A stretch of DNA of 64,000 nucleotides from Thermoanaerobaculia bacterium. Lineage in GTDB: Bacteria > Acidobacteriota > Thermoanaerobaculia > Multivoradales > Multivoraceae. A program made the position numbers and the translations under genes. The stretch's first letter is position 1. Each line of letters begins with the position of its first letter. Below the pieces are notes generated by a model, which saw only the letters and a list, made by a program, of their open reading frames with translations, had not been told where the DNA came from and did no database searches. Shown piece by piece: positions 53,805 to 64,000 of the stretch. The stretch covers positions 3,781,588-3,845,587 of the forward strand of contig OZ246956.1 in the NCBI GenBank assembly GCA_965232105.1. The letters run 5' to 3'.

Positions 53805-55211
53805 ATGGGCACACACCGTTTCAGACGGGGATTGCGCGTGCCCATTTCGGGAGCTCCCGAGCAGACGCTGGACGACGCGGCCGCTCCCGGCGCCGTCGCG
53901 GTCGTCGCGGCCGACTATCCCGGCATGAAGCCGGCGATGCATGTCTCGCCGGGGGACGCAGTGCGGCGCGGGCAGCTCCTGTTCGAGGACCGCAAGCAGC
54001 TTGGCGTCCGATTCACGTCGCCTGCGGCGGGCACCGTCACGGCGGTGAACCGGGGTGCCAAGCGGGCCCTGATCTCGGTCGTCGTTCGTGTGGACGCCTC
54101 CGACCGCGCGAGCGGCGGCGCCCAGGTCGGCTTCGCGAGCTACACCGGACGTCACCCCGGCGCCCTCTCCCGCGAGGAAGTCGAGGCGCTGCTCGTCGAG
54201 TCCGGCGACTGGGCCGCCCTCCGGGCCCGCCCGTTCGGCCGCACCGCGGCGCCGGGATCGACGCCGAAGTCGATCTTCGTGACCGGGATGAACAGCGAGC
54301 CCTTCGCGCCCGAAGCCGACCGGATCGTGGCAGGTCGAACCGGCGACCTGGAACGGGGCCTCGCGGCTCTCGCCAGGCTGACCGAAGGGCCGGTCTACGT
54401 CTGCCGTGCTCCCGGAACCCTGGCCGGCCTCGAGGCCAGCGGCCGGATACAAATCGAGGAGTTCGTCGGCCCCCACCCCGCCGGCGCGCCGGGACTGCAC
54501 ATCCACACCCTGGACCCGGTCGATCGCAGCAAGCTCATCTGGCAGATCGGGCTCCAGGACACATTGGCGATCGGTCGCCTGTTCGCGTCCGGCGAGCCGG
54601 ACGTTTCGCGGATCGTCGCCCTCGCCGGGCCCCCGGTCCGCAGGCCACGGCTGCTTCGCACGCGGCTTGGCGCCTCGCTCGCCGACGTGACCCGGGGCGA
54701 GCTCGGCGACGGCGCGGTAGTGATCCCCGACGATGCCGTGCGAGTCGTCACCGGCTCGCCGCTCAGCGGGCGAACCGCGATCGGCGAGGGTGCACCGGCC
54801 GACCTGCACGGCTACCTGGGCCGCTTCCACGACACGGTCAGCGTGCTGGAGGACGACCACGACCGCCGCTTCCTGGGCTGGCTGCAGCCGGGCTTCGGCG
54901 CGTTCTCGCGAGCCCGCGCCTTCGCCTCCTCCTTGCTGCCGCGCAAGTCGTTCGCGATGACGACGACTACCTACGGATCGCCGCGCGCGATCGTTCCTGT
55001 CGGCCTCTACGAGAGCGTCTTTCCCTGGGATCTGCAGCCGACCTTCCTGCTCAAGTCGCTGGTTGCCGGCGACATCGAGCGCGCCGAGGAACTCGGGTGC
55101 CTCGAACTGCTCGAGGAGGATCTGGCGCTCTGCACCTTCGTTTGCCCCGGCAAGACGGAGTACGGCCCTTACCTGCGCGACGCGCTCGAACTGATCGAGA
55201 AGGAAGGCTAG
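53805..55211 (+). CDS. nqrA: Na+-translocating NADH:quinone oxidoreductase subunit A
   Basis: N-terminus [14 protein letters not shown] matches NqrA (KKGLDLPIAG.P). 468 aa. Followed by nqrBCDEF. Confidence 0.85.
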   Translation: MGTHRFRRGLRVPISGAPEQTLDDAAAPGAVAVVAADYPGMKPAMHVSPGDAVRRGQLLFEDRKQLGVRFTSPAAGTVTAVNRGAKRALISVVVRVDASDRASGGAQVGFASYTGRHPGALSREEVEALLVESGDWAALRARPFGRTAAPGSTPKSIFVTGMNSEPFAPEADRIVAGRTGDLERGLAALARLTEGPVYVCRAPGTLAGLEASGRIQIEEFVGPHPAGAPGLHIHTLDPVDRSKLIWQIGLQDTLAIGRLFASGEPDVSRIVALAGPPVRRPRLLRTRLGASLADVTRGELGDGAVVIPDDAVRVVTGSPLSGRTAIGEGAPADLHGYLGRFHDTVSVLEDDHDRRFLGWLQPGFGAFSRARAFASSLLPRKSFAMTTTTYGSPRAIVPVGLYESVFPWDLQPTFLLKSLVAGDIERAEELGCLELLEEDLALCTFVCPGKTEYGPYLRDALELIEKEG

Positions 55212-55227
55212 ACGCCGCCTGCCGACA

Positions 55228-56487
55228 ATGAAGTTCCTGCGCAGAATCCTCGACCGTCAAGCCCGCCACTTCGAGCGGGGCGGCAGGTTCGAGCGCTTCT
55301 ATCCCCTGTACGAAGCGCCGGACACCTTCCTGTACACGCCCGGCAAGACGACCGCCGGCGCCGCCCACGTGCGCGACGCGCTCGATCTGAAGCGGTTGAT
55401 GATGACGGTCGTCGTCGCGCTCGTGCCCTGCGTCCTGATGGCGATGTGGAATACCGGCCGGCAGATCCACGTGGCGATCGCCGGCGGCGCCGGCGCGCTG
55501 CCCAACTGGCGGACCGACGCGATGGAGATGCTTGGGCTGCCCTTCGACGCCACCAGCCTGCTCGCGAACTCGGTCCACGGCGCGCTCTACTACCTGCCGG
55601 TCCTGATCGTGACCTTCGCCGTCGGCGGACTCTGGGAGGGCCTGTTCGCGGTCGTCCGCCGCCACGACGTGAACGAGGGCTTCCTGGTTACCGGCATGCT
55701 CTTTCCGCTCGTGCTGCCGCCGACCATCCCGCTGTGGCAGGTCGCGATCGGCATCACGTTCGGCGTCGTCGTCGGCAAGGAGATCTTCGGCGGCACGGGC
55801 TTCAACGTCCTGAACCCCGCGCTCACCGCGCGCGTGTTTCTCTTCTTCGCCTATCCGGCCCAGATTTCAGGCGACGCGGTGTGGATCGCGGCAGGCACTT
55901 CGGCCCCGCCCGACGGATACAGCGGCGCCACCGCGCTCGGCGACATCGCGGTGCACGAGGCGGAATCCGGTTCGACCGCCCGGCTCAACGGCCTGGACGC
56001 CATCGAGGGCTCCGTGACCTGGATGCAGGCCTTCCTGGGCGACATTCCGGGTTCGATGGGCGAAACCTCGACCCTGGCCTGCCTGATCGGCGCCGCGATC
56101 CTGATCGCCACGGGCATCGGCTCCTGGCGCATCATGGTCGCCGCCACCGCCGGGTCCTTCGCCATCTCCATGCTGCTCAACCTGATCGCGTCGACGACGA
56201 ATCCGATGCTCTCCGTGCCCTTCGGCTGGCATGTCGTGCTCGGCGGCTGGGCCTTCGGCATCGTCTTCATGGCCACCGATCCGGTCAGCGCGGCACAGAC
56301 GAACCGTGGCCGCTACATCTACGGTTTCCTGGTCGGCGTGCTGGCGATTCTCATTCGCACCGTGAATCCCGCCTTCCCGGAAGGCGTGATGCTCGGCATC
56401 CTGTTCATGAATCTGTTCGCACCCCTGATCGACCACTACGTGTTGAAGGCGAACATCAAGCGCCGGAAGGCGCGTTACGCTCAGTAG
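55228..56487 (+). CDS. nqrB: Na+-NQR subunit B
   Basis: Polytopic membrane protein, 419 aa, in canonical operon position. Confidence 0.9.
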   Translation: MKFLRRILDRQARHFERGGRFERFYPLYEAPDTFLYTPGKTTAGAAHVRDALDLKRLMMTVVVALVPCVLMAMWNTGRQIHVAIAGGAGALPNWRTDAMEMLGLPFDATSLLANSVHGALYYLPVLIVTFAVGGLWEGLFAVVRRHDVNEGFLVTGMLFPLVLPPTIPLWQVAIGITFGVVVGKEIFGGTGFNVLNPALTARVFLFFAYPAQISGDAVWIAAGTSAPPDGYSGATALGDIAVHEAESGSTARLNGLDAIEGSVTWMQAFLGDIPGSMGETSTLACLIGAAILIATGIGSWRIMVAATAGSFAISMLLNLIASTTNPMLSVPFGWHVVLGGWAFGIVFMATDPVSAAQTNRGRYIYGFLVGVLAILIRTVNPAFPEGVMLGILFMNLFAPLIDHYVLKANIKRRKARYAQ

Positions 56488-56619
56488 AGCCGCCAAACCT
56501 GTCGCAGACTCCATGTTTGGCCCCAGCCCCCACCTCACCAGGAGCTTACGCCGCAGCACTCGCTTCGCTGCATTCTGCGGCGTAAGCTCCTAGTCAGGAA
56601 CGAGACCGGCAACACCCTC

Positions 56620-57402
56620 ATGGCAAACCGACAGGCCACCGGCTACATCCTCCTGTTCGCGACGGCGATCTGCATCGTCTGCGGCATTCTCGTCTCCTCC
56701 TTCGCGGTCAGCCTGGAGCCGCTCCAGGATGAGAACGCGGCACTCGACAAGCAGAGGCGGGTGCTCGAGGCTGTGGATCTTCTCCAACCGGGCGAGCGAG
56801 TCACGCCGGAAGAGGTAGCCGCGCGCTTCGAACCGATCAAACCGGTGATCATCGACCTCGCGACGGGCGAAGCGCAGGCCGACGCCGACACGGCAACGTT
56901 CGACCAGCAGCGGCGGGCTCGCAATCCCTCGACCAGCGTCGAGTTGCCGAAGAACAGGGCGAGCGTCAAGCGCCTTCCGGATCAGGCGCTGCTCTACGAG
57001 ATGCGCGGCGACGACGGCGAACTCGAGATGGTCGTGCTGCCGATCGAGGGCCTCGGGCTTTGGGGCACCCTCTACGGCTTCCTGGCGCTCGACGCGGACA
57101 CGACGACCGTGCGCGGCATCACCTACTACCTCCACAAGGAGACGCCCGGCCTCGGCGGCGAGGTGGACAACCCGAGCTGGAAGGCGAAGTGGCCGGGGCG
57201 CCGCGCGTTCGACGAGGACGGCGAGTTCCAGTTGGCGGTGATCAAGGGCCAGGCCGGCGTCGCGGCAGAGGACCCCTTCCGCGTCGACGGTCTGAGCGGC
57301 GCGACGATCACGAGCAACGGAGTGACGAACATGCTCGATTTCTGGCTCGGCGAGCGAGGTTTCGAGCCGTATCTCGCCCGAATCCGGGGGGAGGCGAACT
57401 GA
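56620..57402 (+). CDS. nqrC: Na+-NQR subunit C
   Basis: Single N-terminal TM. FMN-attachment threonine context ...[14 protein letters not shown]. 260 aa. Confidence 0.85.
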   Translation: MANRQATGYILLFATAICIVCGILVSSFAVSLEPLQDENAALDKQRRVLEAVDLLQPGERVTPEEVAARFEPIKPVIIDLATGEAQADADTATFDQQRRARNPSTSVELPKNRASVKRLPDQALLYEMRGDDGELEMVVLPIEGLGLWGTLYGFLALDADTTTVRGITYYLHKETPGLGGEVDNPSWKAKWPGRRAFDEDGEFQLAVIKGQAGVAAEDPFRVDGLSGATITSNGVTNMLDFWLGERGFEPYLARIRGEAN

Positions 57403-58028
57403 TGGCAGTCAAGAAGAGCGAAGCGGCGCTCGATCCGCTCTGGAACAACAACCCGATCGCGCTCCAGGTGCTCGGCATCTGCTCGGCGCTCGCGGTGACC
57501 ACGAAGATGGAGACCTCGCTCGTCATGTGCGTGGCCGTCATCTGCGTGCTCACCCTCTCCAACCTCACGATCAGCCTGCTGCGCCACCAGATCCCGAACA
57601 GCATCCGGATCATCGTCCAGTTGACGGTGATCGCCTCGCTGGTCATCGTCACCGACCAGATCCTGAAGGCCTACGTATACGAGATCAGCAAGCAGCTCTC
57701 CGTGTTCGTGGGGCTGATCATCACGAACTGCATCATCATGGGGCGGGCCGAGGCGTTCGCGATGCAGAACCCGCCGTCGCTGGCGATGCTCGACGGCATC
57801 GGCAACGGTCTCGGCTACAGCGCGATCCTGATGGCCACCGCCGTGCTGCGCGAACTGTTCGGCTCCGGGAAGCTGTACGGCTACTCGATCCTGCCTACGG
57901 TCTCCGAGGGCGGCTGGTACCTCCCGAACGGCCTGATGCTGCTGTCGCCGGCCGCTTTCTTCATCATCGGGGGATTGATCTGGGCCATCCGGGTCTGGAA
58001 GCCCGCACAAGTCGAAATGGACGGCTAG
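57402..58028 (+). CDS. nqrD: Na+-NQR subunit D
   Basis: ATG 57402 overlaps the nqrC TGA. ~208 aa, 6-TM. Confidence 0.85.
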   Translation: MAVKKSEAALDPLWNNNPIALQVLGICSALAVTTKMETSLVMCVAVICVLTLSNLTISLLRHQIPNSIRIIVQLTVIASLVIVTDQILKAYVYEISKQLSVFVGLIITNCIIMGRAEAFAMQNPPSLAMLDGIGNGLGYSAILMATAVLRELFGSGKLYGYSILPTVSEGGWYLPNGLMLLSPAAFFIIGGLIWAIRVWKPAQVEMDG

Positions 58029-58044
58029 AGGGGGATCAGGGACG

Positions 58045-58662
58045 ATGTTCGAGGAATACCTCAACCTCGCGGTCAAGGCCATCTTCGTCGAGAACATGGC
58101 CCTGACCTTCTTTCTGGGCATGTGCTCGTTCCTCGCCGTGTCGAAGAAGGTGGAGACGGCGGTCGGCCTCGGCCTGGCGGTCATCTTCGTGCTCACCGTC
58201 ACCGTGCCGGCCAACAACCTGATTCAGACCCACCTCCTCAGCGAGGGAGCGCTTACCTGGATCAGCCCTGAGTTCGCCGACGTCGATCTCACCTTCCTGA
58301 ACCTGCTGTGCTTCATCGGCACGATCGCCGCGATGGTTCAGCTCGTCGAGATGACGACCGACCGCTTCTTCCCGGCGCTTCACGCCAACCTGGGGATCTT
58401 TCTGCCCCTGATCGCGGTGAACTGCGCGATCCTGGGCGGCTCCCTGTTCATGGTCGAACGTGACTACGACTTCGGCGAAAGCGTGGTCTTCGGTCTGGGC
58501 TCCGGCATCGGCTGGTTCCTGGCGATCGTCGCCCTCGCGTCGATCCGCGAGCGCCTGCGCTACAGCAACGTGCCCCACGGGCTGCGCGGCCTGGGCATGA
58601 CCTTCGTCATCACCGGCCTGATGGCGTTCGGTTTCATGGCCTTCGGAGGCATCCAACTGTGA
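58045..58662 (+). CDS. nqrE: Na+-NQR subunit E
   Basis: 205 aa, 6-TM, homologous to NqrD. Confidence 0.9.
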   Translation: MFEEYLNLAVKAIFVENMALTFFLGMCSFLAVSKKVETAVGLGLAVIFVLTVTVPANNLIQTHLLSEGALTWISPEFADVDLTFLNLLCFIGTIAAMVQLVEMTTDRFFPALHANLGIFLPLIAVNCAILGGSLFMVERDYDFGESVVFGLGSGIGWFLAIVALASIRERLRYSNVPHGLRGLGMTFVITGLMAFGFMAFGGIQL

Positions 58663-59876
58663 TCACCGTCGCCCTCGGGGTGGCGATGTTCACCATCGTC
58701 ATCCTCGCCCTGGTCACGATCCTGATGCAGGCCAAGACCCGGCTCGTCGCCGGCGGCGAGGTGTCGATCCTGATCAACAACGAGAAGACGCTGACCGCTA
58801 CGACCGGCGGCACCCTGCTCGGCACCCTGGCCGAGCACCAGATCTTCATCCCCTCCGCCTGCGGTGGCCAGGGCACCTGCGGCGTCTGCACCGTCGACGT
58901 GCTCGACGGCGGCGGCGCGATGCTGCCGACCGAGAAGACCCACATCAGCCGCCGCGAGGCCCGTGAGGGCTGCCGCCTGAGCTGCCAGGTGAAGATCAAG
59001 GAGGACTTGAAGATCGGCATCCCGGCCGAGGTCTTCGGGGTCAAGAAGTGGCAGTGCAAGGTGCGCTCGAACGAGAACGTCGCCACCTTCATCAAGGAAC
59101 TCATCCTGGAGCTTCCGGCCGACGAGGAGGTGCCCTTCCGCGCCGGCGGCTACATCCAGATCGAGTGCCCGCCCCACGTCGTGAACTACAGCGACTTCCA
59201 GGTGGAGGACGAGTACCACGAGGACTGGGACCGCTTCAAGCTCTGGAGCCTGGTTTCCAAGGTCGACGAAACGGTGGTTCGCGCCTACTCGATGGCGAAC
59301 TACCCGGAGGAGAAGGGCATCATCATGCTGAACGTCCGCGTGGCGACGCCGCCGCCTCGCGAGATGGATCTTCCGCCCGGCCAGATGTCCTCATACATCT
59401 TCGACCTGAAGCCAGGCGACGACGTAACGATCGCCGGCCCCTTCGGCGAGTTCTTCGCCAAGGACACGGACGCCGAGATGATCTTCATCGGCGGCGGCGC
59501 CGGCATGGCGCCGATGCGCTCCCACATCTTCGATCAGTTCCAGCGCATCCACACGGACCGGAAGGTGTCCTTCTGGTACGGCGCCCGCTCCTACCGCGAG
59601 GCCTTCTACATCGACCACTTCGACAAGATCGCGGAAGAGAACCCGAACTTCACCTGGCACCTGGCGCTCTCCGATCCCCTCGAAGAGGACAACTGGGACG
59701 GCTACACCGGCTTCATCCACCAGGTCCTGTACGACAACTACCTGAAGGACCACCCCTGTCCGGAAGACGTCGAGTACTACCTCTGCGGACCGCCCCTGAT
59801 GCTCCAGGCCTGCATGAAAATGCTCGACGACCTGGGAGTCGAGCCTGAGAACATCGCCTTCGACGACTTCGGCTAG
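58659..59876 (+). CDS. nqrF: Na+-NQR subunit F (2Fe-2S ferredoxin + FAD/NADH domains)
   Basis: N-terminal TM, ferredoxin Cys cluster ([10 protein letters not shown]...C) and FAD/NAD-binding motifs. 405 aa. Confidence 0.9.
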   Translation: MITVALGVAMFTIVILALVTILMQAKTRLVAGGEVSILINNEKTLTATTGGTLLGTLAEHQIFIPSACGGQGTCGVCTVDVLDGGGAMLPTEKTHISRREAREGCRLSCQVKIKEDLKIGIPAEVFGVKKWQCKVRSNENVATFIKELILELPADEEVPFRAGGYIQIECPPHVVNYSDFQVEDEYHEDWDRFKLWSLVSKVDETVVRAYSMANYPEEKGIIMLNVRVATPPPREMDLPPGQMSSYIFDLKPGDDVTIAGPFGEFFAKDTDAEMIFIGGGAGMAPMRSHIFDQFQRIHTDRKVSFWYGARSYREAFYIDHFDKIAEENPNFTWHLALSDPLEEDNWDGYTGFIHQVLYDNYLKDHPCPEDVEYYLCGPPLMLQACMKMLDDLGVEPENIAFDDFG

Positions 59877-59940
59877 GTCGCGGCCACACCCACCTGGCGG
59901 GGCTCCGCGAGCGGCTGCATGCTGCGATGGGTCGGCTGCG

Positions 59941-61002
59941 ATGCGGTGCCGGAGGTGGAGGCGGCCGCTGTTCCTGGTCCTTGCCTGTCTGGCCCTGGGC
60001 TGTACCCCGACAGCGAATGAGGTCGTGCTCCAGGGACCCACGATGGGGACCTACTACCGAGTTCGTGCGATCGCGGAGACTGGTGATCACGAGGCGATCC
60101 AAGGCCTTGTCGAGGAACGGCTGGACGCGGTCGACCGGGCGATGTCGACCTACCGAGACGACTCGGAGATCTCGCGATTCAACCGGCTTGCGGCCGGCGA
60201 ATCGTTGGTCTTCTCCGAGGAAACCTGGGCGGTTCTGGAGCTTGCGTGGCGAGTCCGCGAGGAGAGCGGCGGTGCGTTCGATCCGACGGTAGGGCCATTG
60301 GTCGACGCCTGGGGATTCGGCGCTCCGGGACGAGGCGCCGAACCGATGCCTCCCGGCGAGGACGAACGCACCTGGTTGCGGCAGGGCGTTGGCGCGATCG
60401 AACTGTCGCCGGAGGATCGACGAGTACTCAAGCTTGGCGACGGCGCGGCGCTTGACCTTTCAGCCATCGCCAAGGGATGGGCCGTGGACCGGGTCTCCGA
60501 GGATCTGACCAACACCGGTTATTCGAACCACCTGGTCGAGATCGGCGGCGAACTGCGAACCGCCGGTCACAGCAGCACCGGTGATCCGTGGCGCATCGCG
60601 ATCGAGCGCCCCCCGGCGCAATCCGACACGTCCGATGCGGAAGGATCGGAGGACACGCTGCCGCCCGGCCTGCAACAGGTCCTGGAGTTCACCGACGGAG
60701 CCCTGGCAACCTCGGGCGACTACCGTAACTATTGGGAACGGGACGGCACCCGTTACTCCCACACGATCGATCCCCGCACCGGCCGGCCCGTGGAACACGC
60801 CCTCGCCTCGGCCAGCGTGGTCCACGAAACCTGCGCCCTCGCCGACGCCTACGCGACCGCCCTGATGGTCCTGGGCCCTGAAGACGGCCTCCATTGGGCG
60901 AACCAGAATGACATTGCGGCCTTGCTCCTGGTCTACCGTGAAGACTCGCTGGTAGCACTCCCCAGCACCGCCTTCCGCGACCGCTTCCAGACCACCGACT
61001 AG
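59941..61002 (+). CDS. apbE: FAD:protein FMN transferase ApbE (lipoprotein)
   Basis: Lipoprotein signal LVLACLALGCTP. ApbE family body. Immediately follows nqrF. Confidence 0.8.
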   Translation: MRCRRWRRPLFLVLACLALGCTPTANEVVLQGPTMGTYYRVRAIAETGDHEAIQGLVEERLDAVDRAMSTYRDDSEISRFNRLAAGESLVFSEETWAVLELAWRVREESGGAFDPTVGPLVDAWGFGAPGRGAEPMPPGEDERTWLRQGVGAIELSPEDRRVLKLGDGAALDLSAIAKGWAVDRVSEDLTNTGYSNHLVEIGGELRTAGHSSTGDPWRIAIERPPAQSDTSDAEGSEDTLPPGLQQVLEFTDGALATSGDYRNYWERDGTRYSHTIDPRTGRPVEHALASASVVHETCALADAYATALMVLGPEDGLHWANQNDIAALLLVYREDSLVALPSTAFRDRFQTTD

Positions 61003-61179
61003 CGAGGCTTCGCGTCAGACCGACGAGCGTGCAGGCCGGAGCAGATGCCGGCCAGAAGGCCGGCGCACCCAGTGGGGGGAACTTGCCTCAACTGGAAAGG
61101 GCAGACCTGTTCAAGGAGTCGTGGAACACTGACCTCAAGGGGCAGAGTGGCCGCATGAGACCGTGGGCTTGACAGTGCG

Positions 61180-62937
61180 CTAGCCCGCATGTTTCACGGG
61201 GTGATTTGAGATCGGGCCTCTTCCCGCGGATAATTCAAGTGTTACGAAGCATTTGGACCATCCGCAGGAGTGAGACCCGTGATCACAGAGTGTACTCGGT
61301 CGCAGCTTGAGTTCGGGTTCCACGGTCGTCGCCAGGTGACGGCCTGTTTCGACGGCGGCCGTTTGACGACGGAGGGCGGCGGGCTGCTGCTTCGGGAGAC
61401 GGACGCTCGCATCGGTCTGCTGGAGCGCATGGCGTCGTGTTTTCGGGACTACCGGAATCCATCGGCGGTGGAGCACACGGTTCAGGACCTGGTGTCTCAG
61501 CGGGTCTACGGTCTGGCTCTGGGCTACGAGGACCTGAATGATCACAATCAGCTTCGCCTTGACGCGTTCATGGCGCTGCTGGTGGGCAAGTCGGACATCA
61601 CGGGCGCCGATCGTCGTCGGGCGCGGGACAAGGGTCGCCCTCTGGCGAGCGCTTCCGGGTTGAATCGTCTGGAGCTGTCCCTGCCGGAGAAGGCTTCAGT
61701 GGACCGCTACAAGCGGATTCCCGCGGACAGTGCGGCCCTGGACCGTCTGTTGGTGGACCTGTTCCTGGAGGCTCATGATGAGGCGCCGGCGGAGATCGTG
61801 CTGGACCTCGACGCGACGGACGATCCTCTGCACGGGACCCAGGAGGGTCGGTTCTTCCACGGCTACTACCGGTGCTACTGCTACATGCCGCTGTACGCGT
61901 TCTGCGGCGAGCACCTGCTGCTGGCGCGTCTGCAGCGGTCGAATCAGGATGCCAGCGTCGGCACGATCCGCGAGTTGGCGCCGATCGTGGCCCGGATTCG
62001 GGAGGCGTGGCCGGACACGCGGATCGTTCTGCGCGGCGACTCGGGCTTCTGCCGGGAGCGGATCATGGCCTGGTGCGAGGCGCAGGGGCTCTTCTATGTG
62101 GTCGGCGTGGCGAAGAATCGGCGCCTTGCGAGGCGGCTCGCGAAGGCGCTTGCGAAGTCGCGGCGCCGATTTCATGCGACCGAAAAGGCCTCGCGGCGGT
62201 ATCGGGAGTTCCGCTACCGGACCCGCTCCACCTGGTCCCGCAAGAGGCGAGTGGTGGGCAAGGCGGAATGGCTCGAAAAGGGCTCGAATCCTCGCTTCAT
62301 CGTCTCCAATCTGCCGAGAAGCCGAGCCGGCAAGCAGCCGCTCTACGAGCAGCTCTACTGCGCCCGCGGAGACATGGAAAACCGCATCAAGGAGCAGCAA
62401 CTCGACCTCTTCGCCGACCGCACCTCCACCGCCACCATGGCCGCCAATCAACTCCGACTCTACTTCTCCTCCTTCGCCTACGTCCTGCTTGCCGCCGTCC
62501 GACGGCTCGCTCTCGCAGGCACCAGCAAAGCCCGACTCCAGTGCGGCACCCTGCGCCTCCGCTTCCTCAAGATCGCCGCCCGAGTACGCATCACCCACCG
62601 CCGCATCTGGATCCACCTGTCAAACGCCTTCCCCTGGCAGAACGACTTCGCCCAAGCCCTCGCAAACCTCCAACGAAAACCCCTCTACCACCCGCCGGCC
62701 TGAGACCGGACGAGAAACCCGACACCACAACACGCCGCCTCGCATCGACTCCACGCCGGAGTGCGCCCGAAGACCGACCGGACGCGCTGACTCAACCTCC
62801 TCCGACGCCTCGATCCGCCAACTCCAACCCCACAGGCCTCCTGCCGAGCCTCCGACAGACCGAGGAACCGCCATCAAGAGGGCTTCCCGGCTTTAAGACC
62901 CCCCACTGATGCAGCGTCGGTGAAACATGCGGGCTAG
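61180..62937. mobile_element. IS1380-family insertion sequence (minimum extent defined by 18-bp perfect terminal inverted repeats CTAGCCCGCATGTTTCAC)
   Basis: IRL 61180-61197 and IRR 62920-62937 (reverse complement identical). Single transposase ORF between them. Confidence 0.7.
61270..62703 (+). CDS. IS1380-family DDE transposase
   Basis: N-terminal ...CFDGGRLTTEGGGLLLRETDARIGLL... is typical of IS1380/ISAzo-like transposases. DDE candidates: LDLDATDDP, RGDSGF, and an acidic residue near YCARGDMEN. 477 aa. Confidence 0.7.
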   Translation: MRPVITECTRSQLEFGFHGRRQVTACFDGGRLTTEGGGLLLRETDARIGLLERMASCFRDYRNPSAVEHTVQDLVSQRVYGLALGYEDLNDHNQLRLDAFMALLVGKSDITGADRRRARDKGRPLASASGLNRLELSLPEKASVDRYKRIPADSAALDRLLVDLFLEAHDEAPAEIVLDLDATDDPLHGTQEGRFFHGYYRCYCYMPLYAFCGEHLLLARLQRSNQDASVGTIRELAPIVARIREAWPDTRIVLRGDSGFCRERIMAWCEAQGLFYVVGVAKNRRLARRLAKALAKSRRRFHATEKASRRYREFRYRTRSTWSRKRRVVGKAEWLEKGSNPRFIVSNLPRSRAGKQPLYEQLYCARGDMENRIKEQQLDLFADRTSTATMAANQLRLYFSSFAYVLLAAVRRLALAGTSKARLQCGTLRLRFLKIAARVRITHRRIWIHLSNAFPWQNDFAQALANLQRKPLYHPPA

Positions 62938-62963
62938 GCCCGTCTGATAATCTGCCGCCACCC

Positions 62964-62997
62964 ACAACAGGAGGTCCTCCACAACAGGAGGTCCTCC
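62964..62997 (+). repeat. Perfect 2x17-bp tandem repeat (ACAACAGGAGGTCCTCC), each unit containing a GGAGG/CCTCC inverted repeat. The second unit supplies the Shine-Dalgarno sequence of the downstream gene.
   Basis: Read directly: ...cccACAACAGGAGGTCCTCCACAACAGGAGGTCCTCCatg. Confidence 0.8.
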
Positions 62998-63357
62998 ATG
63001 AGGAAAGAAACTTGGTTCCGTGGCCCGCTGCTGAGCGTGCTGTTCTTCGCAGTTCTGATCGGCGGCGCGCCGGCTACGGCGGCCGCTTCGAGCGAGAAGC
63101 CCCAGTCCACCAGCCAGCATCTGATGATCGGCGGCTGGATGATCACCGGAGCGTGCAACTTGTTTGGGGCTGGCCACAACATCACAAACTTCGGCACGGC
63201 GCTGATGACCGTTGTTGGGATTCTCAGCGGCAACGGCGGCGTAGCTGCTGCCGGCGCTGGCGGATGGGCGTACAACCGAATGATTGACTCGGCGTGTGCA
63301 CAGATGGGATTGGGTCGCCATGCCGACGACGGTGATGACGACGATGGTGACGACTAG
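62998..63357 (+). CDS. Small secreted glycine-zipper protein with C-terminal poly-Asp tail (possible membrane-active peptide / bacteriocin-like)
   Basis: Sec signal (LLSVLFFAVLIGGAPATAAAS). Gly-rich core GGWMITGACNLFGAGH...GILSGNGGVAAAGAGGW with 2 Cys. Tail HADDGDDDDGDD. Strong Shine-Dalgarno upstream. Confidence 0.5.
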   Translation: MRKETWFRGPLLSVLFFAVLIGGAPATAAASSEKPQSTSQHLMIGGWMITGACNLFGAGHNITNFGTALMTVVGILSGNGGVAAAGAGGWAYNRMIDSACAQMGLGRHADDGDDDDGDD

Positions 63358-63596
63358 CCCGACCAGTTCACCGCGACAGGCAAAGCCGCTGCCCGAGGTT
63401 GACCTCACGCAGTCGAACACCCGGATAGTGTGTGTCTGGGTGGAGTGGTTCAACAGGTTCCTTCGGCGAACGGCGCTACAGCGGTTCAAGGAGAACGGCA
63501 CGAACCCGGGTTGGTTCTGAAGCCTGAGCTGCTCTTGCTAGCTCTTTCTGCCTCGACCATGCGCTGAGCTGTAGCCGAAGATCGATCATCTACTCC

Positions 63597-63626
63597 CCGC
63601 CGCCTCCAGGAAACTGGAGGCGGCGG
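63597..63626 (+). terminator. Perfect 13-bp stem / GAAA-loop hairpin (CCGCCGCCTCCAG-GAAA-CTGGAGGCGGCGG) followed by a pyrimidine-rich tract. Candidate intrinsic terminator.
   Basis: Read directly from the sequence. The downstream tract CTCTCACTTCATCTCC is only moderately U-rich. Confidence 0.4.
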
Positions 63627-64000
63627 CTCTCACTTCATCTCCCGCATCCGCCGATCAGGAGTGGTTGCGGTCGATTAGCGTGCCCGGGCAGCCCGACGCC
63701 GTCCAGCCGTTCCGGGGTTCCGCCCACTGCCGCCCGCTGCCACGCGCCGCCGCAGCGCGACCGTTAGACTCTGGTTCGAGTCATGGCGATTCTGTTTCTG
63801 AGCATCACCGTCATCGCTGTTTGCGTCGTCCTCATGTCGGTCGGCGTGCTGCTGAGTGGCCGCTGCCTGCGCGGTTCCTGCGGTGGTCCGGATGTTCTCG
63901 GACCCGACGGCGAGTCCCTCAGTTGCGCCAGCTGTCCGCTGCGACGGGCACGGGAGGACACCTGATCGCCACCGGTGGTGGTCCGGAGCGCCCGATCCAG

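Noticed and set aside
62704-62919. Possible second gene or passenger cargo inside the IS element after the transposase
   Set aside because: Only short Pro/Thr/Arg-rich frames. The ~215-nt stretch before the right inverted repeat is typical non-coding IS end sequence.
63284-63520. 78-aa ORF overlapping the 3' end of the small secreted-protein gene
   Set aside because: It overlaps the better-supported gene in another frame, has no ribosome-binding site and a Thr/Met-rich low-complexity start. It is kept only as a remote possibility for the gene terminated by the 63597 hairpin.
1-64000. CRISPR arrays, rRNA or tRNA genes
   Set aside because: No regularly spaced short direct repeats and no obvious tRNA cloverleaf-like segments were seen. 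The intergenic regions near the IS element (61003-61179, 62704-62963) were inspected and show no tRNA-like structure.

Overview
High-GC bacterial chromosomal segment (visibly ~70% G+C), probably from a gammaproteobacterium-like lineage. This guess rests on NfuA, a complete Na+-NQR nqrABCDEF-apbE operon and an aryl-polyene/xanthomonadin-type gene cluster; it is an inference, not a database result. Layout, left to right:

- 336-15106: a type-II-FAS-like aryl polyene (APE) biosynthetic gene cluster: ACP, two hot-dog dehydratases, FabG, KS, ACP, aryl-acid AMP-ligase, LpxL-like acyltransferase, LolA-like protein, MMPL exporter, convergent KS/CLF plus a flavin-dependent (Trp-halogenase-type, WxWxIP) halogenase, lipoprotein, membrane protein, GT2, thioesterase.
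- 16107-23125: housekeeping genes: mutL, recO, mgtE, ridA, an LLM oxidoreductase, an acetyl-CoA hydrolase/transferase.
- 23217-26056: a vapBC pair, GST, TerC, a second phd-vapC pair.
- 26245-32101: a complete cofactor F420 biosynthesis operon, fno-cofE-cofD-cofC-fbiC.
- ~32100-43800: an apparently horizontally acquired island that is visibly more A/T-rich than its surroundings, containing:
  - a third Phd/PIN pair whose PIN gene lacks a canonical start;
  - a minus-strand operon of an F420-type LLM oxidoreductase, an MmeI-family type IIL restriction-modification enzyme, a 752-aa GNAT-fusion protein and an ASCH protein;
  - a membrane-anchored protein and a PaaK-like ligase;
  - a three-gene cassette: a Cys-pair protein plus two tandem DUF488 paralogs.
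- 43857-53033: a long minus-strand operon of crotonase, CinA-like protein, PqqL-like double-M16 peptidase, PQQ-like beta-propeller, TAXI receptor and fused TRAP permease.
- 53075-61002: nfuA, nqrABCDEF, apbE.
- 61180-63357: an IS1380-family insertion sequence with 18-bp terminal inverted repeats, then a small secreted Gly-zipper protein with a poly-Asp tail.

Most long antisense ORFs in the track are high-GC frame artefacts. The most likely previously undescribed system is the GNAT-multidomain + ASCH pair embedded in the MmeI-like RM operon. The DUF488 cassette is a second candidate.
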